64,000 nucleotides of DNA from a bacterium (lineage in GTDB: Bacteria; Patescibacteriota; Microgenomatia; Levybacterales; UBA12049): the NCBI GenBank assembly GCA_021777565.1, contig JAJYDJ010000004.1:34077-98076 (forward strand). The letters run 5' to 3'. Below, in pieces: positions 55,742-64,000 of this stretch. Numbering within the stretch: the first letter of the stretch is position 1; each line of letters begins with the position of its first letter. A model generated the notes under the pieces. The model had not been told where the DNA came from, made no database searches, and was given only the letters and a program-made list of their open reading frames with translations. Position numbers and translations under genes: made by a program.

Positions 55742-57458
55742 AGGCAAAGAGTTGCACTCCTGAGGTTGGGAACTCGAGTCTGAGGGTGTGTACTCCTGGG
55801 GTATTTTTCAAGTTAACCAGATCATACAGTCTGTCTTGATCAACTGTCACCATGCCATTTATTACGTCTGCACCAGAAACAGACGGGTCGATTGTCTTTC
55901 CATCCAAAAGCACTTTGACTTGTTGAGAGGTACCAGGAGTGCTGGGCTTCATGACCAGATACACATGAGTCGCATAAAACTGGTAATTAAGTGCACCACC
56001 AGCCTCTGCACTGGCATGATCATCAAAAACATCCCATTTCCCTTCAAAAGTAAATGAGTTCAGTTGAGGGCTGGAGGCTGGGAATGTTTTAGAGACAGTG
56101 CCAGTATTACCATCAGGATATTCATACTGCATACGGGCAGAACCTAAATAGGTTTCAGGAGAGAGCTGTGTCTGAGGAGTCGTATCAGCGACATTGGTTG
56201 TTGGCATGCTTATGGTCTTACCAGCTGCCTGTAGTAAGGTTCTAATTGCTTGTTCCATGGTGTCATAGGACCCTTCACCAAATTCTGTTCGTCTGATAGT
56301 GCCATTAGCATCAATAAGATATTCTGCCGGCCAATATTGATTGTTAAATGCATTCCAGGTTCCGTAGTTATTATCTTGTGCCACGGGGTAGTGAATACCA
56401 AATTGTTTGATTGCCTGAGCGACATTATTGGTGTCATGTTCAAATGCAAATTCCGGTGTATGCACCCCAATCACGACAAATCCTTGATCCTTGTACGTGT
56501 CGTACCATTTCGTCACGTGGGGGAGAGTACGAATGCAGTTAATACAGGTGTACGTCCAGAAATCGACCAGAACGACTTTCCCTTTCAACCTAGCGATCGT
56601 CAATGGTGTTGGGGTATTAAGCCAGTTGGTAATTCCCGTAATTTCGGGGGAAGGCATATTGGCATTAAAGACACCTGAGGTGTCAAGGAGTGTCTGTTGA
56701 GAGAGATTGCCACGAAGGCTATTGAGTTGTTTGGTCAGTGCATCATTTTGCTCAAACTGGTTGAGCGATGTTTGTACTCCTGGGAATGCGTTAAGAAGTT
56801 GTGCCTCAAGATACGTATCAGTATTGGTATAGATCGCTGCCGCAGTCAGAAGCATCAGGATGCCGAAAAATTGCTGGAGTTGGGTCGTATAGGCAGAGAA
56901 AAAACGTGTTTTCTGCACAACGATACGCCCACCATAGGCAAAGATAAGAAGTGGTATCCCCATGCCAAGGACATACATAGCAGTAATTAAAACAACCTCA
57001 CCCGTCACTTTTCCCGTCGCAGCAAGGGTTGCTACTGCCGCCAAGATTGGCCCTGCACACGGTGTCCACACAGCACCTAAAACCAGTCCGGAAAGAAATC
57101 CACCAATAAATCCTGAATCGCCGGTTGGATGAGGAGCGATACTACTGAGTCTACTCACCCACGCTTCCATGCGAGAAGATAACGCCGGAAAGACAAGTGT
57201 CATGCCAAGAAGTCCAATGACAATAACCGCAACAATGCGTAAGACATTGGGATCAAACATAAATACGTGTACTAGTGTTGAAAGACTAAGCGTCAGTACG
57301 CCAAAAGAGAGCAGTACGCCTAGCGTGACTCCCAGGGGTTTGTGATTGCCTTTCCCAAGAGCAGAAGTTGAGAACAGAATTGGTAAAATTGGCCAGATAC
57401 AGGGAGTCAGTGGAGTAACAAGTCCTGCCAAAAATGAGAATCCCAAAAGAAGTAACAT
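55728..57458 (-). CDS. DipZ-like protein: CcdA/DsbD transmembrane domain + TlpA-like thioredoxin domain + C-terminal beta domain
   Basis: 576 aa. N-terminal 6-8 TM region with a conserved Cys (TPLTPC), a periplasmic thioredoxin fold with FWTYTCINCIRTLP (CxxC), then a ~180-aa C-terminal domain. Confidence 0.7.
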   Translation of the reverse strand: MLLLLGFSFLAGLVTPLTPCIWPILPILFSTSALGKGNHKPLGVTLGVLLSFGVLTLSLSTLVHVFMFDPNVLRIVAVIVIGLLGMTLVFPALSSRMEAWVSRLSSIAPHPTGDSGFIGGFLSGLVLGAVWTPCAGPILAAVATLAATGKVTGEVVLITAMYVLGMGIPLLIFAYGGRIVVQKTRFFSAYTTQLQQFFGILMLLTAAAIYTNTDTYLEAQLLNAFPGVQTSLNQFEQNDALTKQLNSLRGNLSQQTLLDTSGVFNANMPSPEITGITNWLNTPTPLTIARLKGKVVLVDFWTYTCINCIRTLPHVTKWYDTYKDQGFVVIGVHTPEFAFEHDTNNVAQAIKQFGIHYPVAQDNNYGTWNAFNNQYWPAEYLIDANGTIRRTEFGEGSYDTMEQAIRTLLQAAGKTISMPTTNVADTTPQTQLSPETYLGSARMQYEYPDGNTGTVSKTFPASSPQLNSFTFEGKWDVFDDHASAEAGGALNYQFYATHVYLVMKPSTPGTSQQVKVLLDGKTIDPSVSGADVINGMVTVDQDRLYDLVNLKNTPGVHTLRLEFPTSGVQLFAFTFG

Positions 57459-57496
57459 ACTTTAGGTATACATGCTCAGGAGACTTGTGACAAGTG

Positions 57497-57874
57497 TCAC
57501 AGATAAATGCCCCAGAGACGAAATACGTACGGGGTGAAAATAATGATGCCAACCACCACTGATCCAGCTGCGACGACCAACACCATACCGGCGGCAACGT
57601 CCTTGGCAATTTTTGCTTCTTCTCGATGCTCTTTGGTGATAAGATCAACCATCTCTTCAATTGCGCTATTGATCATCTCAGCCGCAACGACCAACAAAAT
57701 CATTACACCCAAAATTCCCATTTCAAAATGCGACACACCCAACAGGACACTGGCAATAGCTACGATAAGTGCGACGAGGAAGTGAACACGAAGGTTTTGA
57801 TTTTCTCTCAAAGAATACACTACCCCATCCCAGGCGTATCGAAATGATTGAATAAGTTTGCGATGGTGAATCAT
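57497..57874 (-). CDS. dgkA: diacylglycerol/undecaprenol kinase DgkA family
   Basis: AEMINSAIEEMVDLI is the DgkA signature. Three TM helices. The start was trimmed to the internal Met so it does not overlap the upstream gene. Confidence 0.75.
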   Translation of the reverse strand: MIHHRKLIQSFRYAWDGVVYSLRENQNLRVHFLVALIVAIASVLLGVSHFEMGILGVMILLVVAAEMINSAIEEMVDLITKEHREEAKIAKDVAAGMVLVVAAGSVVVGIIIFTPYVFRLWGIYL

Positions 57875-58461
57875 AGTAACGCTTTCCCAAGTACAAATGT
57901 CCCTATGGTTATTATACACCCTAGAAAAACACCACTGATATATTCAACTGGCGTATGTTTTTTCAGTGAGATGCGTGACCAGGCCATAAGGATAGGTAAA
58001 GGGAGTGTCGCCAACAACCCGAAATACCCATAAAAGATAGTCATGGTGACCATATAGGCGGCGACGACTCCACCATGGACACTCGCCTTCACTCGAGTAT
58101 TCACGAGATCAAATAACCCAATCCCAACGATAATGCCAAGTGCCACAATGGATAATGGATAAAAAATTCCACGTAAAATAAAGGCAGCCAGAAAATAAAG
58201 TGATGAGAAAACAATCATGATGCCGTAAAACACCGGTCTTTTTTCTCTTTTGGAAACATCAAAATCATGCAACACCTCATCAGGTCGTACGACCAAAAAG
58301 GTAAATCCGGTCATGATAATAAAAGCCACAGAAAAGATCATCCAGCGTGTTGCTGAGAAAAAATCACCAGTCTGGTGGTAAATCAGAAGAAAAGGGAAGA
58401 GGACTGCAAAAACGATGGGATGAAAAATGGTTGAGATGAGATGGGCAGTTTCTTTCTTCAT
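57871..58461 (-). CDS. PAP2-superfamily membrane phosphatase (tentative)
   Basis: 196 aa. Six TM helices. KASVHGG (PSGH-like) and SRISLKKHTPVE (SRx5Hx3[DE]) motifs. Confidence 0.45.
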   Translation of the reverse strand: MKKETAHLISTIFHPIVFAVLFPFLLIYHQTGDFFSATRWMIFSVAFIIMTGFTFLVVRPDEVLHDFDVSKREKRPVFYGIMIVFSSLYFLAAFILRGIFYPLSIVALGIIVGIGLFDLVNTRVKASVHGGVVAAYMVTMTIFYGYFGLLATLPLPILMAWSRISLKKHTPVEYISGVFLGCIITIGTFVLGKALL

Positions 58462-59900
58462 TGCGTGATACTGTGTAACCTCTCCAGTGCGTCTTCTTTT
58501 TTCAACAGTGCCAACACCTCAGGCAGTGGCAGCCCTTGCTCTCGCCCTGTCATGAGTTTATAGACAACTGCACCTTTGATCTTTTGCTCTGAGATCAGCT
58601 CCCTAATAGCAGAGAGGATAGACTCTTTTGACCAGTCAGACAGTGCTTCAAACTTGTCAGACAATGCCTTGGCGAGTCCTTTTTCAGCTTCAGTGAAGGT
58701 AGCCTCGGCTGGGGTCACCAGATCCTTAAAATCTTTCAATGTCTTCATTCTGGTCTGTGCCAGGGCAATAATTTCAAAAAGAATGGCTTCATACTCCTTG
58801 AAGAATTTTTGCATGTCGGCATCATTTACGTAAAATGCCTGCAACTTCTCAAGCAGCTGCTCACCCGTGAGCATTCGGATGTACTCACCATTCATCCAGG
58901 TAAGCTTATCCAAGTCAAAACGTACACCATTTGATTTGATGTCAAATTTTAATGGATCAAGTTTGAGCGCGTGAGCAAAATCCATAACAGGGAAAATCTC
59001 AATTCCCTGTGGATGATTCCAGACAATATTTGCAAGATAATTCACCACTGCCTCTGGCAAAAATCCATTTTCTTTGTAGAACATGACTGATGTATGAGCA
59101 TGGCGTTTAGACAGTTTTCCTTTCCCATCACTATTAAGAAGAATAGGAATGTGCGCATATACTGGCATATCCCATCCGAAATATTTATACAAAAGGACAT
59201 GTTTCGGGGCTGAAGGAAGCCATTCGGTACCTCGCACTGCATGGGTAATTTGCATTTCATGATCATCAACAACCACAGCCAAATGATAGGTTGGGTACCC
59301 ATCAGATTTCAAAAGTACTTGATCATCAAGTTCGTCACTTTGAAATGTCACAGCACCCACAATTGGGTCATGAACCACGACCGCTTCATGATCTGGCATC
59401 TTCATACGGATAGTGTATGAGAGACCGTCAGCAAGATTTTTTTTAACTTCATCATCCGAAAGGGCACGACAGAGACGATCATAGCGAGGAGCTTGGTGAT
59501 TTTTCTCCTGTTCTTGTCGCATAGTCTCAAGTCTCTCTTTGGTACAAAAACAGCGATAAGCATGCCCCCCATCAATTAACTGTTGTGCATATTTTTGATA
59601 GAGTGGTAATCTTTCTGATTGGCGATACGGTGCGACTGGTCCACCCTCTCGTGGCCCTTCATCTGGCATCATGCCAACCCAGGCAAGCGTGTCATAAATG
59701 ACATTTTCTGCTCCCTCAACAAAACGTGTTCTGTCAGTGTCTTCAATACGAAGAAGAAATTTCCCACCGTGGGCTCGAGACAAAACAGTATCAAACAAAG
59801 CCTGATACACCAGACCCAAATGAGGGAATCCAGTTGGAGATGGAGCAACGCGTGTTCTAACCATATATTGATTATAGTCTATTTGTGTGCGTATACTCAA
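58458..59900 (-). CDS. gltX: glutamyl-tRNA synthetase
   Basis: 480 aa. Class I aaRS with the HIGH region in VAPSPTGFPHLG and KLSKR (KMSKS). Confidence 0.9.
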   Translation of the reverse strand: MSIRTQIDYNQYMVRTRVAPSPTGFPHLGLVYQALFDTVLSRAHGGKFLLRIEDTDRTRFVEGAENVIYDTLAWVGMMPDEGPREGGPVAPYRQSERLPLYQKYAQQLIDGGHAYRCFCTKERLETMRQEQEKNHQAPRYDRLCRALSDDEVKKNLADGLSYTIRMKMPDHEAVVVHDPIVGAVTFQSDELDDQVLLKSDGYPTYHLAVVVDDHEMQITHAVRGTEWLPSAPKHVLLYKYFGWDMPVYAHIPILLNSDGKGKLSKRHAHTSVMFYKENGFLPEAVVNYLANIVWNHPQGIEIFPVMDFAHALKLDPLKFDIKSNGVRFDLDKLTWMNGEYIRMLTGEQLLEKLQAFYVNDADMQKFFKEYEAILFEIIALAQTRMKTLKDFKDLVTPAEATFTEAEKGLAKALSDKFEALSDWSKESILSAIRELISEQKIKGAVVYKLMTGREQGLPLPEVLALLKKEDALERLHSITQ

Positions 59901-59903
59901 TAT

Positions 59904-60977
59904 ATGACTACTCTCAGTCGAGTCGCGGCATTTACGCGAAAAGGCATCTTTATCGGAGGAGGGATTTTTGGTGGATTACTTGTCATCGCGCTTCTGATCA
60001 TGATCGGTACCGCTATCAAAAATAAATTCTTCCCAACCCCTCCAGCACCACCAACCGTTGCGTATGGGCAATTGCCACCAATCCCATTCCCAAGTAGTGC
60101 ACCAACACAAAACGTTTCTTTTTATATTGATACTATTTCAGGATTTCTCCCATCATTCACTGATAGACAAGTGGTATATAAGATTAATCAGCCCCAGACC
60201 AATTTGCTTTCGTATCAAAAGGCAAAGGATTTGGCCAGCGCGCTTGGTTTTACTGATACGCCCACCCAGAAGTCTGATACCGTCTTTTCCTTCGCAAGTA
60301 CCAATCCGTTTCCTGCCACATTCACGGTAGCTATTGATTCTTTCAATTTCACCCTTGACTCGACCTATCTCACAACAGTAAATACTGCCTCTCTTGCCGC
60401 AATTCCTGTGGGGCAGGCACCAACCGTAGCCCAAACATTTTTTGACACGGCAAATGCGCTGGGGGACAGTGTGGACCTGACCAAGACCCAGACAACCAAT
60501 CGGATGTATGACCCAACTGGCACTCTTATTCCGGCAGACAAGCCCGATGACACTCAGGTAGCCATTGTCGATTTTGTGCATCCTGACATGAATAATCTGC
60601 CAGCAGTGTATGCGCATCCACCACGTACCAATCTCACCGCAGTCGTCGTCAGTGTGAATGGGAAGCCAACGGTTATCCAGGCCAATAAATTTACCTATGA
60701 TTTGGTCAGTGACGCAACGGCCACGTATCCATTGAAATCTGCTCAACAAGCTTTTGATGAATTGCAAAAAGGCAAAGCGTACATCGCGCAGTATGATGGT
60801 AAAAGTACTTCAGTCCCGATCAAGAATGTAAAACTTGCCTATTATTTCCCTGATACCAGTTATGGGTACGTCGTGCCAGTTGTTGTTTTTTCCAGTGATA
60901 CGTTTGTGGCATATGTGAATGCCGTTGCAGATAATTGGGTTAGTTCAAGTAGTGCTTCTCTAAGTAGTCCACAATAG
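59904..60977 (+). CDS. membrane-anchored extracytoplasmic hypothetical protein
   Basis: The start was set to the internal Met (MTTLSRVAAF...) because the ORF-track N-terminus overlaps gltX. A TM anchor (IFIGGGIFGGLLVIALLIMIG) is followed by a Pro-rich linker and a ~300-aa domain. Confidence 0.45.
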   Translation: MTTLSRVAAFTRKGIFIGGGIFGGLLVIALLIMIGTAIKNKFFPTPPAPPTVAYGQLPPIPFPSSAPTQNVSFYIDTISGFLPSFTDRQVVYKINQPQTNLLSYQKAKDLASALGFTDTPTQKSDTVFSFASTNPFPATFTVAIDSFNFTLDSTYLTTVNTASLAAIPVGQAPTVAQTFFDTANALGDSVDLTKTQTTNRMYDPTGTLIPADKPDDTQVAIVDFVHPDMNNLPAVYAHPPRTNLTAVVVSVNGKPTVIQANKFTYDLVSDATATYPLKSAQQAFDELQKGKAYIAQYDGKSTSVPIKNVKLAYYFPDTSYGYVVPVVVFSSDTFVAYVNAVADNWVSSSSASLSSPQ

Positions 60978-61818
60978 TTTTGGTGTCCGCAAATCGATCA
61001 TCACTTTTCATTACCGTAATAATAATGGTATGACCTCTCAAGGGCAGTGAGGTAACAAGTACTTCTTTGGCGCCCTCCGTTGTTCCTGTCTTGAGGCCAT
61101 TGATCCCTTTATAGCCAAGCAGCAGATTGGTATTAACAAGTTTTACCATGCCAATTCCATCAACAGGAATCGTGGCAGATTGGATACTCGCGATATGGGC
61201 AATTGCTTTATTCTCAACAAAAACTGAGGCAATATGGGTTAATTCTTGTGCCGTGGTATAGCCGCTATCATCTTCCAGTCCTGCTGGGTCAGCAAAGGTT
61301 GTACGTTCCAGATGCAGCTCTCGTGCTTTATCATTCATGGCCTGAATAAAGGCAGGCTTGCCTCCGGGGTAATTATCAGCAACAGCCTGTGCGACATCAT
61401 TGGCAGAGGGCAGCAGCATGGCATAGAGCGCATGTTCAAAAGTTAATCTGTCACCTGGTTTGAGCCCAATCATGACCCCTTCAGTCCCGGCATGACTTGC
61501 CACGATCGTATCCGTGAATTTGAAATACGAACTGGCGACAAGAATACTCATGAGTTTGGTTGTGGAGGCGGCAGAGAATCGATACTGTGCATTTTTTGCT
61601 CCCAGAATTCTTCCATTGGTCGTATCCAGAACATAGATTGCTTGTCCTGAGAGAGTATCAAGAGGGAGAGCAAGTGAGGGGGTTGGGGAAGGGGACATGA
61701 CTGAAACTTTTTTGGTTATTTTGGACGGCGCATGGGCAATCGAGGTAAAGACGAGTGCACACGTGACACCGCCAAGAAGGACTAATCCACTGACACGAAC
61801 AATTGCCGAGATAGTCAT
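60940..61818 (-). CDS. D-alanyl-D-alanine carboxypeptidase (S11, PBP5/6-like)
   Basis: 292 aa. N-terminal anchor, SxxK active site in AASTTKLMS, SxN (SAND) and KTG (KTGTT) motifs. Confidence 0.8.
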   Translation of the reverse strand: MTISAIVRVSGLVLLGGVTCALVFTSIAHAPSKITKKVSVMSPSPTPSLALPLDTLSGQAIYVLDTTNGRILGAKNAQYRFSAASTTKLMSILVASSYFKFTDTIVASHAGTEGVMIGLKPGDRLTFEHALYAMLLPSANDVAQAVADNYPGGKPAFIQAMNDKARELHLERTTFADPAGLEDDSGYTTAQELTHIASVFVENKAIAHIASIQSATIPVDGIGMVKLVNTNLLLGYKGINGLKTGTTEGAKEVLVTSLPLRGHTIIITVMKSDDRFADTKTIVDYLEKHYLN

Positions 61819-61822
61819 GAAG

Positions 61823-63187
61823 TTATTGTTTCACTTCGTTGAGACGAATATCAATGCGTTCCATATCGCGAGGGAACATAGAAGCCTCACGAATATTTTT
61901 CAATTGGAGTATCTGCATGGTGATGCGCTCGGCCCCAAATGCAAATCCGCCTTCTGGTGGCACACCATAGGAAAATGCTTCCAAAAACATTGAGATTTTT
62001 GCAGGGTCCATCTTCCACTCCTTCACCTGCTCGAGCAGTTGATCATAGTCATTCACTCTTCTGCCACCTGATAACCATTCAATTCCACGACAGAGAAGAT
62101 CCATGCCTTCGTTGTATTCGGGATCTTCAGGATTTGGATAGACATAGAATGGCTTTTTCTTGGTTGGATAGCCATAGACAAAAACAAAATCTGATCCTGT
62201 CTCTTCTTTGACGATGGCACACAGTTCTCGTTCATCCTCAGGATTAAGATCTTTTTCGTCTCTGACATCTCGTCCAGAGTGATCAAAAATCTTTTGCTGT
62301 GCTTCACGAAGACTCATGGTTGGGGTCTCATCTAACATGACCGGAAGAGTAGTCTGAAACAATTCTAGCTCTTTGGCGCACTTTTCACCAACTTGCTTGA
62401 GAATATATCTGACCGTTGCGGCTGCCATATCACGCACTTCTGTCCATGACTCAATAAAACCCATTTCAGCATCCAGTGAGACAACTTCGGTCAAGTGACG
62501 AGTCGTCACACTTGGCTCAGCGCGAAAGATTTTGTTTACAGAAAAGACTCTCTCAAACGCACTCATCACAATCTGCTTATACAGCTGTGGACTCTGCGTC
62601 AAGTATGCTTTGTGGTCAAAATATTCGATCTGAAATACTTCAGAACCACCTTCTGCGACTGCTGGAGTAATGCATGGAGCCTGAAATTCAAAGAACTCTT
62701 GAGATTTTAAGAATTCTCTAAACGCATCGATAACCACTGCCTGCACTTTGAAAATAGCTTGGACTCGTGGATGTCTGAGGGTGAGACCACGATGATCAAG
62801 CATGGTTGGAAGTTCAAGATTAAGCTCACTATCTCCCATGTCAAAAGGCAGGGGAGCCGCTTTGGCAAGAATAGTAATGCCATGTGCCTCTAGTTCTACC
62901 GTGCCGGTAACAAGTTTAGGATTGATAAGTTTTTCTGGGCGAGCATTTACTTTCCCTGAGATCTCAACCACGTATTCACTTTTGACTTCACTGGCTACGT
63001 TGTACGCTTCTTCTGAGACTTGGGGAAGTACCACGACCTGCATCACTCCAGAGCGATCACGAACATCAAGAAAAATAATTTTCCCATGGTCACGACGAAC
63101 GTGCACCCATCCTTTGATAGTAACTTCTTCGCCAACTTTTTCAACAGTTTGTGCGATCAATGTACGCATGATGATATTGTACCGCAA
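61823..63187 (-). CDS. aspS: aspartyl-tRNA synthetase, archaeal/eukaryal type, core-genome copy
   Basis: 454 aa. OB domain VTIKGWVHVRRDHGKIIFLDVRD, QSPQLYKQIVMSAF, motif 2 FRAEPSVTTRHLTEVVSLD, motif 3 GVPPEGGFAFGAERI. Confidence 0.85.
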   Translation of the reverse strand: MRYNIIMRTLIAQTVEKVGEEVTIKGWVHVRRDHGKIIFLDVRDRSGVMQVVVLPQVSEEAYNVASEVKSEYVVEISGKVNARPEKLINPKLVTGTVELEAHGITILAKAAPLPFDMGDSELNLELPTMLDHRGLTLRHPRVQAIFKVQAVVIDAFREFLKSQEFFEFQAPCITPAVAEGGSEVFQIEYFDHKAYLTQSPQLYKQIVMSAFERVFSVNKIFRAEPSVTTRHLTEVVSLDAEMGFIESWTEVRDMAAATVRYILKQVGEKCAKELELFQTTLPVMLDETPTMSLREAQQKIFDHSGRDVRDEKDLNPEDERELCAIVKEETGSDFVFVYGYPTKKKPFYVYPNPEDPEYNEGMDLLCRGIEWLSGGRRVNDYDQLLEQVKEWKMDPAKISMFLEAFSYGVPPEGGFAFGAERITMQILQLKNIREASMFPRDMERIDIRLNEVKQ

Positions 63188-63201
63188 GGGGAGCCTGATT
63201 G

Positions 63202-64000
63202 CTATATCTGAATGTCTTTAAGAAGAAGCTGAAGATTTTTTCGTCCATTCCATACATTTTCTTGCACACTATACACGATTTGGCATGCATCACCACTATG
63301 AAGTGTTTTACATTTCTCCGCCATGCCAAATCCAACACTATCAATAGTACTGCCATCTTTTCTCAATGTTATTTTGATATGTGTTTTATCTTTCCCAATG
63401 GTGCGTAGATCATCAACAATAACATCACTCACAAAAAGTGGTTCAGGATTAGCAAGACCAAATGGGGCAAGCGTCTGCACATTGTCATACAACGTCTGAG
63501 AGACCAGAGCAAAAGGGAGTGCACAATCAATGATGAGTTCTTTTTCATACGTTACTTGTATCCCTTCTTTTGCAATAAGTGCCTCCATGAGCTTTTTTAC
63601 TTCTTCTACTTTTTCAGGCAACAGAGAAAACCCTGCTGCCATGGGGTGACCACCGGCATTGAGCAAATGTTCTTCCTGTGTTCTGATAAAGGAAATAATG
63701 TCAAACCCATCCACACTTCTAGCGGAAGCCTTGGCTACCAATTCTTTTTTGGTGATAACGATAGCAGGCTTATGAAACGCTTCCACCAGTCGTCCTGCAA
63801 CGAGTCCAATAATGCCTTCCTCGTATTCACCGACATGAATAATGATCTGTTTTTCGCTCCCTGACCGTTTCACTTCCTCTACTGCCTGCATGGCCGCTGC
63901 CTGCATGAGAAGTTGTCTACCACGGTTAGTCTCTCCCAGAAGGTGTGCTAGGTCGCGTGCTTTCCCAGGATTTTTAGTACACAGCAGACGCAGACTATCC
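63202..64000 (-). CDS. RecJ-like DHH/DHHA1 phosphoesterase (partial; N-terminus lies beyond the window)
   Basis: The C-terminal DHHA1 motif GGHPMAAGFSL is visible. The reading frame stays open upstream to the window edge. Confidence 0.6.
   Translation of the reverse strand, partial: DSLRLLCTKNPGKARDLAHLLGETNRGRQLLMQAAAMQAVEEVKRSGSEKQIIIHVGEYEEGIIGLVAGRLVEAFHKPAIVITKKELVAKASARSVDGFDIISFIRTQEEHLLNAGGHPMAAGFSLLPEKVEEVKKLMEALIAKEGIQVTYEKELIIDCALPFALVSQTLYDNVQTLAPFGLANPEPLFVSDVIVDDLRTIGKDKTHIKITLRKDGSTIDSVGFGMAEKCKTLHSGDACQIVYSVQENVWNGRKNLQLLLKDIQI

Noticed and set aside
59619-59903. N-terminal 95 codons of ORF 59619..60977 overlapping gltX on the opposite strand
   Set aside because: The overlap with a conserved GluRS N-terminus is implausible. 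An internal Met at 59904 is followed by a TM anchor and fits a real start.
60153-60767. 204-aa minus-strand ORF inside the 59904..60977 gene
   Set aside because: It is Cys/Trp/Arg-rich and antisense to a longer ORF that has a signal anchor, so it is a shadow ORF.
1-64000. CRISPR arrays, rRNA genes, IS elements or transposases
   Set aside because: I looked for regularly spaced short direct repeats, rRNA-like conserved stretches and DDE or HTH transposase ORFs and found none. The only mobility genes are the serine recombinase, its remnant and the possible zinc-ribbon relic.

Overview
This 64-kb bacterial window has core-genome flanks at roughly 45-55% GC (rough hand counts on 60-nt samples) on either side of a ~30-kb low-GC accessory region (roughly 32-38% GC) inserted at a tRNA-Gln(CTG) gene (10856-10926). 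The island starts with a large serine recombinase whose 3' end reads antisense through the tRNA. It continues with regulatory or replication-like hypothetical genes, and then an unusual gene set built from translation-machinery parts. The first is a standalone AspRS-lineage class II catalytic-core paralog (18123-19097). It is followed by a tightly packed operon: a full archaeal-type AspRS, an SDR reductase, a fusion of a glutamyl-tRNA-reductase (HemA)-like reductase to a second AspRS-core paralog, an amidohydrolase, a P-loop kinase and a NUDIX hydrolase. A scar (serine-recombinase C-terminal remnant plus an hsdS-like fragment) splits this from a glycosylation and tailoring block: GT9, two GT2, HD phosphohydrolase, HIT-like protein, group II PLP decarboxylase, kinase-like protein and a GC-richer GT4. 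Downstream, two further copies of the tRNA 3'-end core (GTCCGGCAGCA at 38554 and 41412) bracket a small restriction-modification islet: a PLD-family BfiI-like endonuclease, a C5-cytosine methyltransferase and Vsr. I consider the AspRS / GluTR-like::AspRS-core cluster the candidate undescribed system. It may be a tRNA- or aminoacyl-adenylate-dependent aminoacyl reductase pathway, possibly with a dedicated or resistant AspRS. The core flanks carry an EmrRAB-like MFS efflux operon, a flavin-transferase (ApbE) / FMN-binding / membrane reductase module, a P-type ATPase, an M16 peptidase, MsrA/MsrB, RadC, UDG, a MacAB-like ABC exporter, GreA, a ZnuABC-like transporter, a DipZ-like CcdA-thioredoxin fusion, DgkA, GluRS, a DD-carboxypeptidase, a second AspRS and a partial RecJ-like gene. 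I found no CRISPR array, no rRNA and no obvious IS element.
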